The position numbers and the translations under genes are program-made. DNA of 63,345 bases, the filler included, from Octopus bimaculoides (Eukaryota): the NCBI RefSeq assembly GCF_001194135.2. It is 6 parts of 4 records of this genome, joined end to end, with 100 filler letters (N's around TTAATTAATTAA, not from the genome) between each part and the next. Parts side by side here need not be neighbours in the genome. Positions count along the whole stretch, not along the records: positions 19,361 to 44,358 come from NC_068986.1; 5 more parts are not named here. One strand, written 5' to 3'. Each line of letters starts with the position of its first letter. The stretch's first letter is position 1. Under the pieces are notes generated by a model. It was not told the DNA's origin. It did not search any database and saw only the letters and a list, made by a program, of their open reading frames with translations. Shown here piece after piece: positions 24,540 through 36,797 of this stretch.

Positions 24540-25136
24540 NNNNNNNNNNNNNNNNNNNNNNNNNNNNNNNNNNNNNNNNNNNNNNNNNNNNNNNNNNNNN
24601 NNNNNNNNNNNNNNNNNNNNNNNNNNNNNNNNNNNNNNNNNNNNNNNNNNNNNNNNNNNNNNNNNNNNNNNNNNNNNNNNNNNNNNNNNNNNNNNNNNNN
24701 NNNNNNNNNNNNNNNNNNNNNNNNNNNNNNNNNNNNNNNNNNNNNNNNNNNNNNNNNNNNNNNNNNNNNNNNNNNNNNNNNNNNNNNNNNNNNNNNNNNN
24801 NNNNNNNNNNNNNNNNNNNNNNNNNNNNNNNNNNNNNNNNNNNNNNNNNNNNNNNNNNNNNNNNNNNNNNNNNNNNNNNNNNNNNNNNNNNNNNNNNNNN
24901 NNNNNNNNNNNNNNNNNNNNNNNNNNNNNNNNNNNNNNNNNNNNNNNNNNNNNNNNNNNNNNNNNNNNNNNNNNNNNNNNNNNNNNNNNNNNNNNNNNNN
25001 NNNNNNNNNNNNNNNNNNNNNNNNNNNNNNNNNNNNNNNNNNNNNNNNNNNNNNNNNNNNNNNNNNNNNNNNNNNNNNNNNNNNNNNNNNNNNNNNNNNN
25101 NNNNNNNNNNNNNNNNNNNNNNNNNNNNNNNNNNNN

Positions 25137-25179
<43 letters not shown>

Positions 25180-25252
25180 TATCTAAAAATCGTAAGTCAG
25201 AAAAAATGTGCAATTATATATTTGTCAATAGAATGAGTATATTAATCAAAGT

Positions 25253-25370
25253 GCGCAGTATTATTGATCCATTACAGTTGATCTTTCCAATCGGTTTTGC
25301 ACTGGGTATTAAAACAGTCTTCAATGATGACAGCTATGGCAGAAGATTGGCAACTGTTCTCCTTAACTAG
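25253..25370 (-). pseudogene. Possible very old EGF pseudo-exon
   Basis: CQSSAIAVIIEDCFNTQCKTDWKD aligns without gaps to CSPQASCMNVVGGFNCSCKAGYIG, but two Cys and several Gly are lost. Confidence 0.3.
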
Positions 25371-26597
25371 AAGTGAAAAATGTCACATCCAGCTTGTGGA
25401 TGGTGCAAAGAAAATGAAAGCTGTGGGAGGCGAACTGAGCAAGGATTATATCAAGAGTTATGTTCCTTGGCCCCAAGGTAACTGAGAGGCTATAAAGAGT
25501 CAAGAGTGCCGAAAATATGTGCATTGGTGATGGTGGGGTATTTATCAGAATGTATGTAGGAGCTTCATGTTAGAGCTTCCTTGGTGGGGGATGGAAGTGT
25601 TGGGCAGGTGTCAGAACGTTTAAGCTTATGTTTGGATACATATGTATGTCATTTGAACAGGAGGAGCCGCCGCCGACAACAGTGACTCCTCCGCCTCCTC
25701 CTAGCATGCATTTGCAGAAATAAGACATCAGCTTAAGGAAAGGAAATGAGTAAACGAAGTAGAATGTGTCTTGAATATATANNNNNNNNNNNNNNNNNNN
25801 NNNNNNNNNNNNNNNNNNNNNNNNNNNNNNNNNNNNNNNNNNNNNATATATAATACGTCATTTTCCTTTCTAATGCAAGAAAAGGAAAAGAACTCGTTGA
25901 AATCCGGGTAGCAAACACGCCTATTGAGGACACAATGATATATGATAATCAAGACGTAACCCGATGAATTCAAGGCATTCCTATCCGTGTATAAATGAAC
26001 TATATCGTTGTAACAGCTAGACAAAGGAAGGATTGGCTTTTTATTTCGTGTGGTTCGTATTATTTAGCCCAAGGCCAGGCTTGATCGAGCAGACTTGTGA
26101 TTAAAGATGATTAGGCTGTGATCATCTTTTAAGAAACTCTCTAATATGTGCTCCTTCTCTGTAGTGGATAATCTTGTTAAAATTTGTATCAGGTCAAAGA
26201 GGATCCCACTTTGTCTTGTTATATCCTGTTTTATTTCAATGAAAGAAAAAGAATATACTAATAAAGTGACCTTGAAGGGTAGCCTAAGACTTGCCCTGTC
26301 CTTAACAACAGTTTTGATGTAATAAATAATTTCATTCAGACTGCGACGTCTCCTATTTTAAGTTGGAACCCTATCCCCTTTTATACATTGCGAATGTCCT
26401 TGAGGGAAATTTCAATGTCATAGCTTTTCCTCATATCGTGTTCGTTTACGAAATTATATACGTAACAAAAAATACGTTTTTTCTTGGAGATAGGAGGAGA
26501 AAAGTTTAGCCAAGTGATTTATCAAATATTGCTACTAATTATTCTATAAACCTTCACTGATTTGCACACAGAAAAGCACGTCGATTACTTAATACAG

Positions 26598-26638
<41 letters not shown>

Positions 26639-27853
26639 AAACTGCATTTTTTCAGTGTGTACTCCATTTTTCTTTTCTTCAGAAAAGTGGGGTTGAATTG
26701 GGGAAGAGGGCGCATTTGGCTGTTATTTCTAGCAAAACTGTAAGAACACAGAATTGGATGCTTTGTGGTAATTATTTCGGATTTTTGCCTTATGAGTTCA
26801 AATACTGCCTTGGTTTTAGATTCGATCTAGAGACACCTTGGGTGCTTTTAATGAAATTCATTCACTCTTGCAAATATTCAAGCCATGTTTGATTGGAAGA
26901 TATCGTCCTCTCTCTCTCTCTCTCTCTCTCCCTTAGTCCCAAAGGTCCTGTACAGGTTCATAGGCACGCTTGACTTTATTAAAAATAAAAAAGTTCGAAC
27001 GACTACGTATTATTCACTACCATCCAATATTAAATAAATATTTCTTTATCTAATGTTGGAATCTAGTAGATGCTGTGGTGCTGGCTATATTTTCTAAATG
27101 AACTAAAAGGGTACAATAGATTAAAGAACCATTTGGGTCCTTGAGTAGTGTATCAACGTTACCCCCCTCCCCCATATGTTTTTGAGATATTATTCAGATT
27201 TAAGTAAAACAAAACATAATTTACACAAGTAAACAGTTAAAAAAAGAATAATTTTTTTTAAAGGATTGGGGGAAAAAGAATCCATTTATTATCAACAAAA
27301 TAGCTTTACATTGTCTTAAAAAAACAAGTTATTACGACTATAATTAGTTGTTATAACTTGTTTCATGGAAGATTAAACATGCAACAACAGGTAGATGGAC
27401 TCAAAGGTAAACTAACCGTCTATACAATCCATACACACACACAGACATTTAAATGGGAGTGTATATAATTTGTATATATCTGATATGCATACGAACGTGT
27501 ATATGAATGTAGGACGATGTGTGTGTGTGTGTGTGTGCGTGCGTACGTGCGCGCATTAGGGACGTATATTCCGGGTGCGCTGCACACCCATCGAAAATGG
27601 CATATTCATTATAAATACCAGCGTTACTCATTAATTTAATCACAAATCTCAATAGAAAACTTTTGTTATACTACTGCTTGAAATTTGCTGACACTAGTTG
27701 TGGCAACACACCCAATACAACAACCACCATACGCCTATGGTGGGTAGGTAGGTATAGAAAATGAAAGTGTATTGTTTTTTTACGTGTGTGATTTGTAGAA
27801 AGAAATGATTGAGTCATGCAGGCCTGGTCAGCCATTAGAGAAGTCACAGGAAT

Positions 27854-27974
27854 CGGCACTACTCAAATACAGAGGTCCCGATGCATCTACGTAACGATAT
27901 GTTTTTTACGGAGCACACTCGTTAGGGTTAGGGTTACGCAGATGTGTCGGGACCTTTATATCTAAGTAGTACCG
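27854..27974. mobile_element. Small hairpin MITE with TTAGGG in the spacer
   Basis: Imperfect inverted arms of about 40 bp (CGGCACTACTC...GTAAC and GTTAC...GTAGTACCG) around a spacer containing GTTAGGGTTAGGG. Confidence 0.6.
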
Positions 27975-28029
27975 TTAAGGGAATTCTGTATTTGAGTAGT
28001 ACTCAGAAATCAACACCTTGTAAATTGTG

Positions 28030-28210
28030 ATACGGCTATTGTTCACAACAGAACATGTGCAACCTGCGGAGGATTAAAAAGACGTCCAAAGACTTCATAC
28101 TGTAGTACCTGTTCCTTCTGCGAGCCAGCACAGTTGTGCATTATGCAATAAAATGTGCAAATCTTTGGCAGGGCTCAAGAGTCATATAAGGGCCTCACAT
28201 TGCATTATCA
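28030..28210 (+). mobile_element. LINE ORF C-terminal C2H2 finger remnant
   Basis: CALCNKMCKSLAGLKSHIRASH, typical of RTE-clade ORF ends. Confidence 0.55.
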
Positions 28211-28599
28211 ATGACTCAACTCAATGATTCTCTCTAGCAATAACTTTACTCGTATACAAAGAAGCAGTTACTTATATATTTGTGTGTGTGCATGTGTGTA
28301 TGAGAGAGAAGAGTGATTAATGCTATTTTCTGACAAAGAAATAAAACAATGGATTGACTCTTTATGGTGATAATGGCAGCCATCATCAAATGTTACTGCT
28401 ACAAAGTTGGTAAGGACTTATTAATATTTACTGGAATGTATTGTGGTTCAGACAATGTGTAGCCACATCGCAGGCGTGGCTGTGTCGTAAGAAGCTTACT
28501 TTCCAACCTCATGGTTCCATGATGAGGTAAGGCAGATAGAAGAGATATAGAAATATAGGAGAGATAGTAGAGATATAGAGGGGTATGTGCTAATGATCA

Positions 28600-28920
28600 T
28601 GGAGGTTTGTATGTGGATGTCATGGGAGGGGGGAGGAATTTATATTTAGATTTATGAAAGAATTTAAAAGTGCAGAAGAATTTGTGCTTACATGTAGTGA
28701 AGGCTTCGTTGTGTTTATTAAGCGATTGTGGTAAGTTAGGGGTTGAAATTTTGAGGGTTTCTTTTAAGTAGAATTCACAAATGGAGTGTTGGCCCTGATA
28801 CAGGATACCCCAAACTATTATAGCCCAGGAAATGTTATATTGTATTTTTCTATGAATTAGATGGTGTACGTGGCTGGCTAGTGATGTGGAACAGCTATTC
28901 TCATTATATTTAAACAAGTT
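28600..28920 (-). mobile_element. PLE endonuclease C-terminal remnant, same family as 43050-44000
   Basis: STSLASHVHHL...CEFYLKE...LNKHNEAFTTCKHKFFCTFKFFHKSK parallels STILANHIHHL...LNKHNEALSTCNHCFFHTFKFYHKSK. Confidence 0.8.
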
Positions 28921-28959
28921 TAAATGTGCATAATATCTTTGTTTAAAATTTGTAGTAGA

Positions 28960-29975
28960 TCCGATGTAGTAGCAATGTAGGAGTTATTTACTATGTTGCG
29001 AACGGTGCATTGGAAGCCACCTACATCCACCCTTGCAGGTCTCTCAGGTCCTTTGGGAGGATATTAAAGAGATGTGGTTCCCTGAAGCCCAGGCTCTTGC
29101 AGTATCTTGTCCTATATCTTGATGATAAATTTGGAGTCCTTAGAACTATGCAGTGGCGCCCAGTTCTAGTATTTGTGCAACTCTCGATGCCAAAGTTTGG
29201 GACAAGTCCCTCCAGGATCTTCCAGATGTATATTATGGCATATCATTCTTGCCTATGCTCTAAGGAATAGAGTCTTAATCTCTTGAGTCTTTCCCAATAG
29301 CTTATATGCTGCATAGAGGCTATCTTCTTTGTGTAGCTTCACTGGATAGCCTCAAGTTCTGCAATTAATTTGACACTGGTTGGTGACTATAGCTGAGAGC
29401 AATAGTCAAAGTGGCTTAGGACAAGTGTCCGCCAGAGGACCATCATGGTTTCCGATATCTTGTTCTAAAAGTTCTAAGAACCCATCTGGTCAGCCACCTG
29501 CATTTCATTGCCAACTTAGCAACATACACATGGAAGGATGCATCATTATTGATGTAAATGCCCAGGTCCCGCACTGACTATGTCTCTGGGATTGCAATTC
29601 CTCCAGGTCCAGTGTATTTAATTCGTATTGCATTTAGTTTTTCAGCATTAAACTGCATGCTATTCTTTTCAGCCCACTTGTATATTTCATCCAGCTCACA
29701 TTGCGAGTATCACCTGTGAGACTTGTGTATCATCTGCATAACTTGTGATTATGGCTCTCTGTGTGGCTGAGGGCATATCTCAGATGGCCATTATGAATGG
29801 TAGTGGTCCCAAAACAGTGTCTTGTGGAACAGCACTCACTATTTGCCTGTCAATGGAGGTGGCCTCATTGGCAACTACCACCTGACTTCTATCCTTCAGA
29901 AATCCATGCAGCCATTCTCCCAATTTTCCAACTATGCTGAGATCACACAGTTTGTGACATCATCCATGATCGACT
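28960..29975 (-). mobile_element. CR1/Jockey-group LINE RT fragment
   Basis: GKLGEWLHGFLKDRSQVVV...SAVPQDTVLGP...YADDT, decayed. Confidence 0.88.
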
Positions 29976-30025
29976 TATCAACATATATATATATATATGT
30001 GTGTGTGTATATATATAGGTGTGTG

Positions 30026-30066
<41 letters not shown>

Positions 30067-30137
30067 ATAAGGATTTACTTTTTGCAATGGCATAAAAAAA
30101 ACCAAGGTTGTGTACATTATAAAACATTTATAAATAA

Positions 30138-30185
30138 GTCTTACAGCTGTTTCCAGGATATTTATTATATCTCTACATCGGAGAT
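30138..30185 (-). ncRNA. Degenerate copy of the same PLE-type hammerhead
   Basis: ATCT-CCGATGT-...-GAAAC-AGCT-GTA-AGAC. A9 is mutated and stem II is imperfect. Confidence 0.55.
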
Positions 30186-31446
30186 GGTGTGAGAGGATGG
30201 TTAAGCAATAGTTAGTTTAGTTAAGATAGGAAATAGAGAGTGAATGTAGGGATATTGTATTTGTAAATCCATTGATTAGGCAGAATGATATACATATAAG
30301 ATTCCAATACCTTGGGAGTAAAATCCAATAGTCTTTAAGATTAGTCACTGCATTTGTAAATCTATTATTAAGATTCCAATCCCCTATGAGTAAAATCCAA
30401 CAGTCTTTGAAATTGGTCATTCCGAAAACAGAGTTTATACACAGTGTTATTGAATCAAGGGTTCTGTTTAAAATATATATATATGTATATACATACATAT
30501 ATATACATATATATCCAGAGGATATCCTTGTTGCTTATTTTGATTTTAATCACCATACTTTGAAATTGTNNNNNNNNNNNNNNNNNNNNNNNNNNNNNNN
30601 NNNNNNNNNNNNNNNNNNNNNNNNNNNNNNNNNNNNNNNNNNNNNNNNNNNNNNNNNNNNNNNNNNNNNTGTGTGTGTGTGTGTGTGTAAAAGGCAACAC
30701 CTGAAAGACAACTTGATGCTGGTGTTGTAACCGTTAATGTTTACAGGTGAATGAATATATCTTTCCTTGTGATTTCAAGTTACAAGGCTTTTCAAACACA
30801 CACACACCTTTATCAAACGTAAAATTGATGGTGTTAACGATGCATTCAAAGTAATATAATATAGATGAGAAGAAATGTGATTTAACAGCATCATAAATCC
30901 TCTAACTATTATAATTAATTACATGATAAAAATAACAAAACTATACAAGTTGGTCAGAATTTCCGAAATATCTAAAATTCTGTAAACAAAATTATTTAAA
31001 AGAGAAATGGTAAAACAGAAGTTTTCTTCACAACATCAATGTTTAAACCATATATAAATGTTATTTTTAGTGAGATGGAAATGATAAAAGTGCGAGATAA
31101 TAATTATTAGTGACTGCTGTTGTCATGGAAACAATAAGTAATCTTCCCACTTCTAAGTGATTTGTCAAATTTAGCAAGTTTCCCCCTTTTGTTTTGATTA
31201 AAATACCTTTGATTTATTAAAACAAGTTAGGCATACGTTTCCACTTTTTACTGTTTTCCAGCGATCGAACGAAGGTGTAAATAAATGAAAATACATAATG
31301 AAAAAGAAATCTTATAATTAAAATCTTATAATTAAAAAGAAATCTTATAATTTAAGTAATTGCTATCATAACATATTTTGTATCGTTCTTAAAATGAAAA
31401 CCTTGAATTAAAAATAATCAAAATTAAAAATAATCAAAATACTTAC

Positions 31447-31540
31447 CAGTTACCGCTGCCACGTGCAATGAAGTTCCAAAACTATAAAATAACGAGACGG
31501 CAATACAACATAAAGAGAGGATATTGTGCCAGGAGTTCAT
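31447..31540 (-). CDS. First coding exon, signal peptide of a secreted or membrane EGF-repeat protein
   Basis: Translates MNSWHNILSLCCIAVSLFYSFGTSLHVAAVT plus G, then a canonical GTAAGT donor (phase 1). It has a hydrophobic core and lies downstream of a TATA box. Confidence 0.75.
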
Positions 31541-31621
31541 AATTTTGTCCTGGTTCAAAGCAGTATATATTCAAATACACCTGAATACGGACACCTTGCT
31601 CACAGTTAACTCTTTTCGTGG

Positions 31622-31658
31622 GACTGGAAGTTTAAGGAGAGATCGCTTGACTTTTATA
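31622..31658 (-). promoter_or_regulatory. Core promoter: TATA box plus initiator-like motif
   Basis: Minus strand reads TATAAAAG at 31658-31651 and CCAGTC with its A at 31625, 33 nt downstream. An 85-nt leader follows before the ATG at 31540. Confidence 0.7.
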
Positions 31659-33439
31659 GGTATTGAATAACAAAGTAGCTGCGACAATACGAGTAGTAGT
31701 AGTAGTAGTAGTAGTAACATTGACAGTTGTCATTGTAGAAGTAGTTGTTCATAAATCGAACTCATCCAATGACCTGGGACAGTGACTGACTACACATACA
31801 AGAGTATGTTTTATCAATACCACACACCTATAAAGCTTCTAAAATGTTTTAACAAGTGGGACAACCACCGCCGCTGCCGACCAATGTCGCCCTTTTAAAT
31901 AGAAGACACTGTTTCGTTGAACAACTAATTGGAATCTATTGTTTCAGATATTTTACTCTGGACCTTTTTTCTCTTCCCCTAACTCGCGCACGTATGGATG
32001 TATGTATGTATATATACGTATGTACACATGTGTGCGTTGTGTGTGTGTGTATACAGATACACGTATGTTTTATATCTATCTATCTATATGTATGTATGTA
32101 TTTATGTGTGTGTGTGTGTGTAAAGGTAAGATCCAAAGATCAAGGTGTAGGAAGTTAGTGAGTTTTAAGCACTCTGTAGAAGATATATAAAAAACAACTT
32201 TGAAGAACAAATCTGAGATTATATGAGTACATATAATGTTTTCCTCTCTAACTCTACTTTCTACACATTTCGATTGACTCCCTGACGAGTTAACATGGCA
32301 TCTCCTAATGACAATGTAAACTTCATATAATTAAGGTCTCCTTGGCCTGAAGAGTAGCTTACAGTTGACCCCTTGTTTAGATAATTATTACTTCCAAAGT
32401 TCTGCTAGTTCTGAAACATATATAACAAACTGATTATAGGAGATTGAGAAATAATATAAATAAATAACAAGAAATATCAGGAAGAACTTTGAGAAAGGAA
32501 TCAATTACTAATTTTAAAAAAATGAACAAAGAACAGCTGGAAAGCAACATAAAAAAATAACTTTGTGCTGCTTTGCTACAACATCAGAATTAAAAAAATG
32601 TCTGAGAAGGGTACAGAACCTGTAAACAGTTACTATAGCAGTGAAGCGAAACCTCTTTCTCGTTAGCCTTACCTTAATGATCTGAAGCAAATTCTAAGCA
32701 AGATAATTATTTCAGGAAATATCTCTGAGATTATAATTGTTCAGTTTCCTTGACTTTATTTGTTTAAAAGTTACATCACCTGAAGTTATGGGGTCAATAG
32801 ATTTAGAATACAAAAGTAGACATACCATTCCAGTTCTTACTATGTACCTGGAAAGTGATTGCCCAGAATATGAACAATTTTATATTGTTGTTGCTAACAG
32901 AGCTTTACAATCCCTAGCATCTCAAGATTCACAATGTTTGTTTAATGTGATGAAGACAATAGTTGAAATTATGATTTTCCCCAACCTATAAGCTGAACTA
33001 TATTAAAATAAGTGTCTGGTAGAGTTGCAAGAACTCTGGGATATTCAATAAACATGCACTGCTCTGCAAATGAGACTCTGACACCAAGTGGTACAATTTT
33101 CCTGCAAGTAATAAAATTACTGCTGTTTATTTGTAAGAATGAAGCCCCTCTAGAAAACATACAACATAATTCATCCAAGAATTTCAACATCAACAAGTAT
33201 TTCATATTTATCCTACTATCTTCAACTAATTTCCTGTCATTTTTTTCTTTCCCTGTTGTGAAATTGGCTGGCACAAGAGACTGCTGCAAAGTGAAGAATG
33301 ATTCTATGTTTCAAATGAGATCAGTAAAAGTGTTCAACTTTTATCATCTTGCATTCTGAGGTGGCTTCAATGGTGTTCACAAATCAGAAAAAGCATAAAG
33401 ATGAAGGGTACAGTTTACAGTTGGTTACAAACAAGGAGC

Positions 33440-33860
33440 CTCAGCTGTGAGTTGAACAGAACTGTGAACTCATAGTCAGAGAAGTCCAATAACCAAAATC
33501 ATAGCTGTGGCCAGTGTCCCCTGACTGGCTCCCACTCCAGTTGCACGTAAAATGCATCATCTGAACATGGTCGATGCCAGTGTCCCCTGACTCGCTCCTG
33601 TGCCAGTACCACATAAAAAGTACCATCCAAATGTGGTCAATGCGAGGTCCACCTGACTGGCGCCCATGCTGGTGGCATGTAAAAAGCACCCACTACACTC
33701 TCAAAGTGGTTGGCGTTAGGAAGGGCATCCAGCTGTAGAAACATTGCCAGATCAGATTGGATCCTGGTGCAGATGCTGGCTCTCTAAACCTCAGTCAAAC
33801 CATCCAACTCATTCCAGCATGGAAAATGGACCTTAAACAATGATGATGATGATGATATAT
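33440..33860 (+). mobile_element. RTE-tail element (family E) with internal 65-70 bp tandem units
   Basis: Repeated GCCAGTGTCCCCTGACT units, then GTTAGGAAGGGCATCCAGC...CAGCATGGAAA...TTAAAC(GAT)n. Confidence 0.8.
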
Positions 33861-34689
33861 ATATATATATATGTAACTTTAATTACAGGTTAAATACCTC
33901 ATTAAGGGATAATAAAATCCAATGAATTTACTAGTTTACTACCTATTATTTATTTTGAATATTCATCATCGTAGTTTAACATCCTCTTTCCATGCTGGCA
34001 TGGGTTGGACGGTTTGACTGAGGACCGGTGAGCCAGAAGGCTGCACCAGGCTCACTCCAAAGGCCACAATACTCACAACTTGTTTCAAATTCTATCCATA
34101 TGATTAATTACAAAAAAATTCTTGTACCATCAGATTTTGTCCTACTCTTCATGAAATGACAAGTAACAAAAGAAGCAAGGTACACCTGTTGAAGACCAAC
34201 CTCACACACAAATGTTGACAATGTTATTGGAAGACAATATACTGTAAACATCAATCAATGTGAATGCTTCTTTCAATGGCATCTCCATAATGCATGAGAC
34301 TCAAGTTCATTTCAAGATCTTCAAATAGGTAATGGTAAGAGATATGCTTGGATTGTTGGATCCAGTGGGATGCAACATTGTCAGAAGGTTCTGTGTCTCA
34401 AACAGCCAAGAATCTTAGTGTTCTTCTCACTATACTGTTAAAATGTTGTGAACCATTCAATTTCTTTCATGTCAAATATCATAATGGCCTTCCTGAAATA
34501 TCCAATTACTATTGACTGTAAATCTGTTGCAGTGTGTTTGACACTGGACTGCTAAATATAGAATAGAAAATAAACTTTCTTTCTCACACGAAAGGGAAGA
34601 CATTCAAAACAGATTCATTTGAAAATGCATTAATTAAAAACAATTTTAGGTCAATCAGGTCATTTATATATATATATAATAAGGTTGAG

Positions 34690-36480
34690 GAGGGTATTGA
34701 ATTTAACCAAACCCAAGAAGATACAGGTAATACCGAGTAAGTGCTGTATACCGACTAGTTATGCCCCAGTCGTTGTATGAACAGGATTGGGGATTATAAG
34801 TCGTGTATTAGCGTGTGTATGTATAAATATATAAAAGGATAAAGAGAGCAATGGTAAAGTTGGAAATATATTTTATGGATAGAGTCTTACAGCTGTTTCA
34901 GGGAAGATCCAATGCATCCCTTCATCGGAGACAGAAATAGTAAAGGAATCAATTATTATATCCATAAGCGGAGAGTTATAGTAGGAAGTGAGAGTGAGTG
35001 TGATGCGCTGAAAAAAGAAAGAAAGAACAGTACTTGGAGTGTAGCTTCATTCCAGTAGTAAGTATCCGTGTAAAATAATCCTTGTGGGAATTTTCCGGAG
35101 ATAGTTGCTGCAGCAAAGGCTGAAATAGCAGAGGTGGATATATGCCATATCATGTCCGAGGTATATTGCTTGTGTTTACTTGAAGGATGTCTCACTTGAT
35201 TTGGTCCAGTACACCACCATGTTTATTCTTTGGCATGCTGGTAGAGCACCGAGGTTTGTTTGTGATTCTTATAGTCCCTCCAATGTTCATTTACACGCTC
35301 AGTCAAACTTCTCGCCGTTTCACCTATGTATGTCGTGTTTCTGTTTTTACAATCACCATCCATACAACTTATTTTGTAGACTACATTTCTGGCTTTGCAG
35401 TTGATACCATGACTATATTTGCACACAATGCAACTCTCTTCTATACACCTTATCTTTCTGAAGGGGTATGTTTTGCATATTATCGATCTAATGGATCTCC
35501 CTGGTTTTCTATGACATTTATCTTCAACTTAGTACTTTTGAGGATTTTTCTAAATCTGCGGGTTAGTTCTTCGTGTGGTGTGGCGTCTATAAACATTACT
35601 CCTTGGAACTTGTCGGTATTGTACCATGTGCTGTTTCTGTTTGTTTTGTCACTAATTCTTTGTAGTTGATTCCACTGTTTATTACGGTACCTAGGTTCTG
35701 TTCCATCTGTATCTTTGACAACAATCTCCTCAAATTTCTTGCTAGCTCCTCTGTATACTCGGATTCTATCTTTCTGGCTGTATCCTGAAAACTGCATGCG
35801 ATGCATGAAGTCTTGTATATGTCTTTGCCTCTCCCAGGGACTGCACGGTGGGGGGGGGGATATGTTTTTCATTATTCTGACTAAATCGGCTATTAATATA
35901 TTAATTTTCACACTGTGCGATAGAGCCAAATTCTTATAGATAACATACTTTGAAGATATAGGTTTCATATAATGTGAGTGGAGGATTTGAACTTTGTCGT
36001 TAATTGTTTCTAGCCAAAGTTCTGTGTCAAGTACCGGGAGTCTCTTGTTTAGGTGTTTTGTTGGGTAATCTATTGTTACTTTGACACTCTGGTGTATTGC
36101 ATTAGCTATATTCTGGATGTTTTCCATCACGATCTTCTCGTTCTCTTCAGTCTGAATGTTTGATGGTGTTTCGACTACGATGTTAATGTCATCCACATAC
36201 CTCCCGTATAGTTTGATTGTTATTGAGTGTTCCTCGAGAGTTTTTTTTTTCAGCTTTTTGTCCCACCAGGTCATGAATAGGCTTGCTACGTCCCTGGCCA
36301 CACAGACACCAATAGCCGCTCCTTGGACCTGCATGTATAGTTTTTCATTGAATTTAACTATATGGTTCTGCAGGGTGGTCTTCAGACTTGCACCTACAGC
36401 ATGTGCAACCATTTTTCGTGTTTGGATATTATCCTCTGGGTCGTGGGTGGGTGTATTCAATTTTAAGTTTCTATTTTCTT
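34690..36480 (-). mobile_element. 5'-truncated Penelope-like retroelement (RT + GIY-YIG endonuclease + 3' UTR)
   Basis: ORF 35480-36460 has QGAAIG and RYVDD RT motifs. A frameshifted continuation carries NVVYKISC...YIGETARSLTERVNEH (GIY-YIG). A hammerhead motif lies downstream. Confidence 0.93.
34884..34932 (-). ncRNA. Minimal type I hammerhead ribozyme motif
   Basis: GTCT-CCGATGA-AGGGA(loop 12)TCCCT-GAAAC-AGCT-GTA-AGAC. Stems I and II pair, stem III is the palindrome ACAGCTGT, and the cleavage triplet is GUA. Confidence 0.75.
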
Positions 36481-36797
36481 ACTTGCAACAATCCTACTAT
36501 TTTATTATGATACCACAATATGAAAAAAAAAAACAGAGATATTAATGTGAATCTTATCTTGATGATCTCTTATAGTGTTTAAAAGTTTTATAAAACGTAT
36601 GTCTACATGTGGATAATGCTTCCAATCGGCAATTAATTAAATTATTTTGTTTATGTAATAATATGTATAGCAATTCATTTGTACAAAGATGGCAGATAGA
36701 AGATTTATGTGTATATGGTGTAGCTGAGTAAATAATTGACCAAGATAATTTATAGTTAACGTTTTTTGTTAGAGTTTATGTACATATGTAACCAATG

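Noticed and set aside
24272-25370. Long ORFs of 250-330 aa, and similar ones at 13335-14072, 15379-15831, 16239-17152, 17349-18042 and 45123-45755
   Set aside because: They run through N gaps and TA/CA microsatellites and are not real coding sequence.
34150-34560. Strong minus-strand acceptor near 34555 followed by peptide-like frames
   Set aside because: All three frames hit stops within 40 codons and no domain was recognised.
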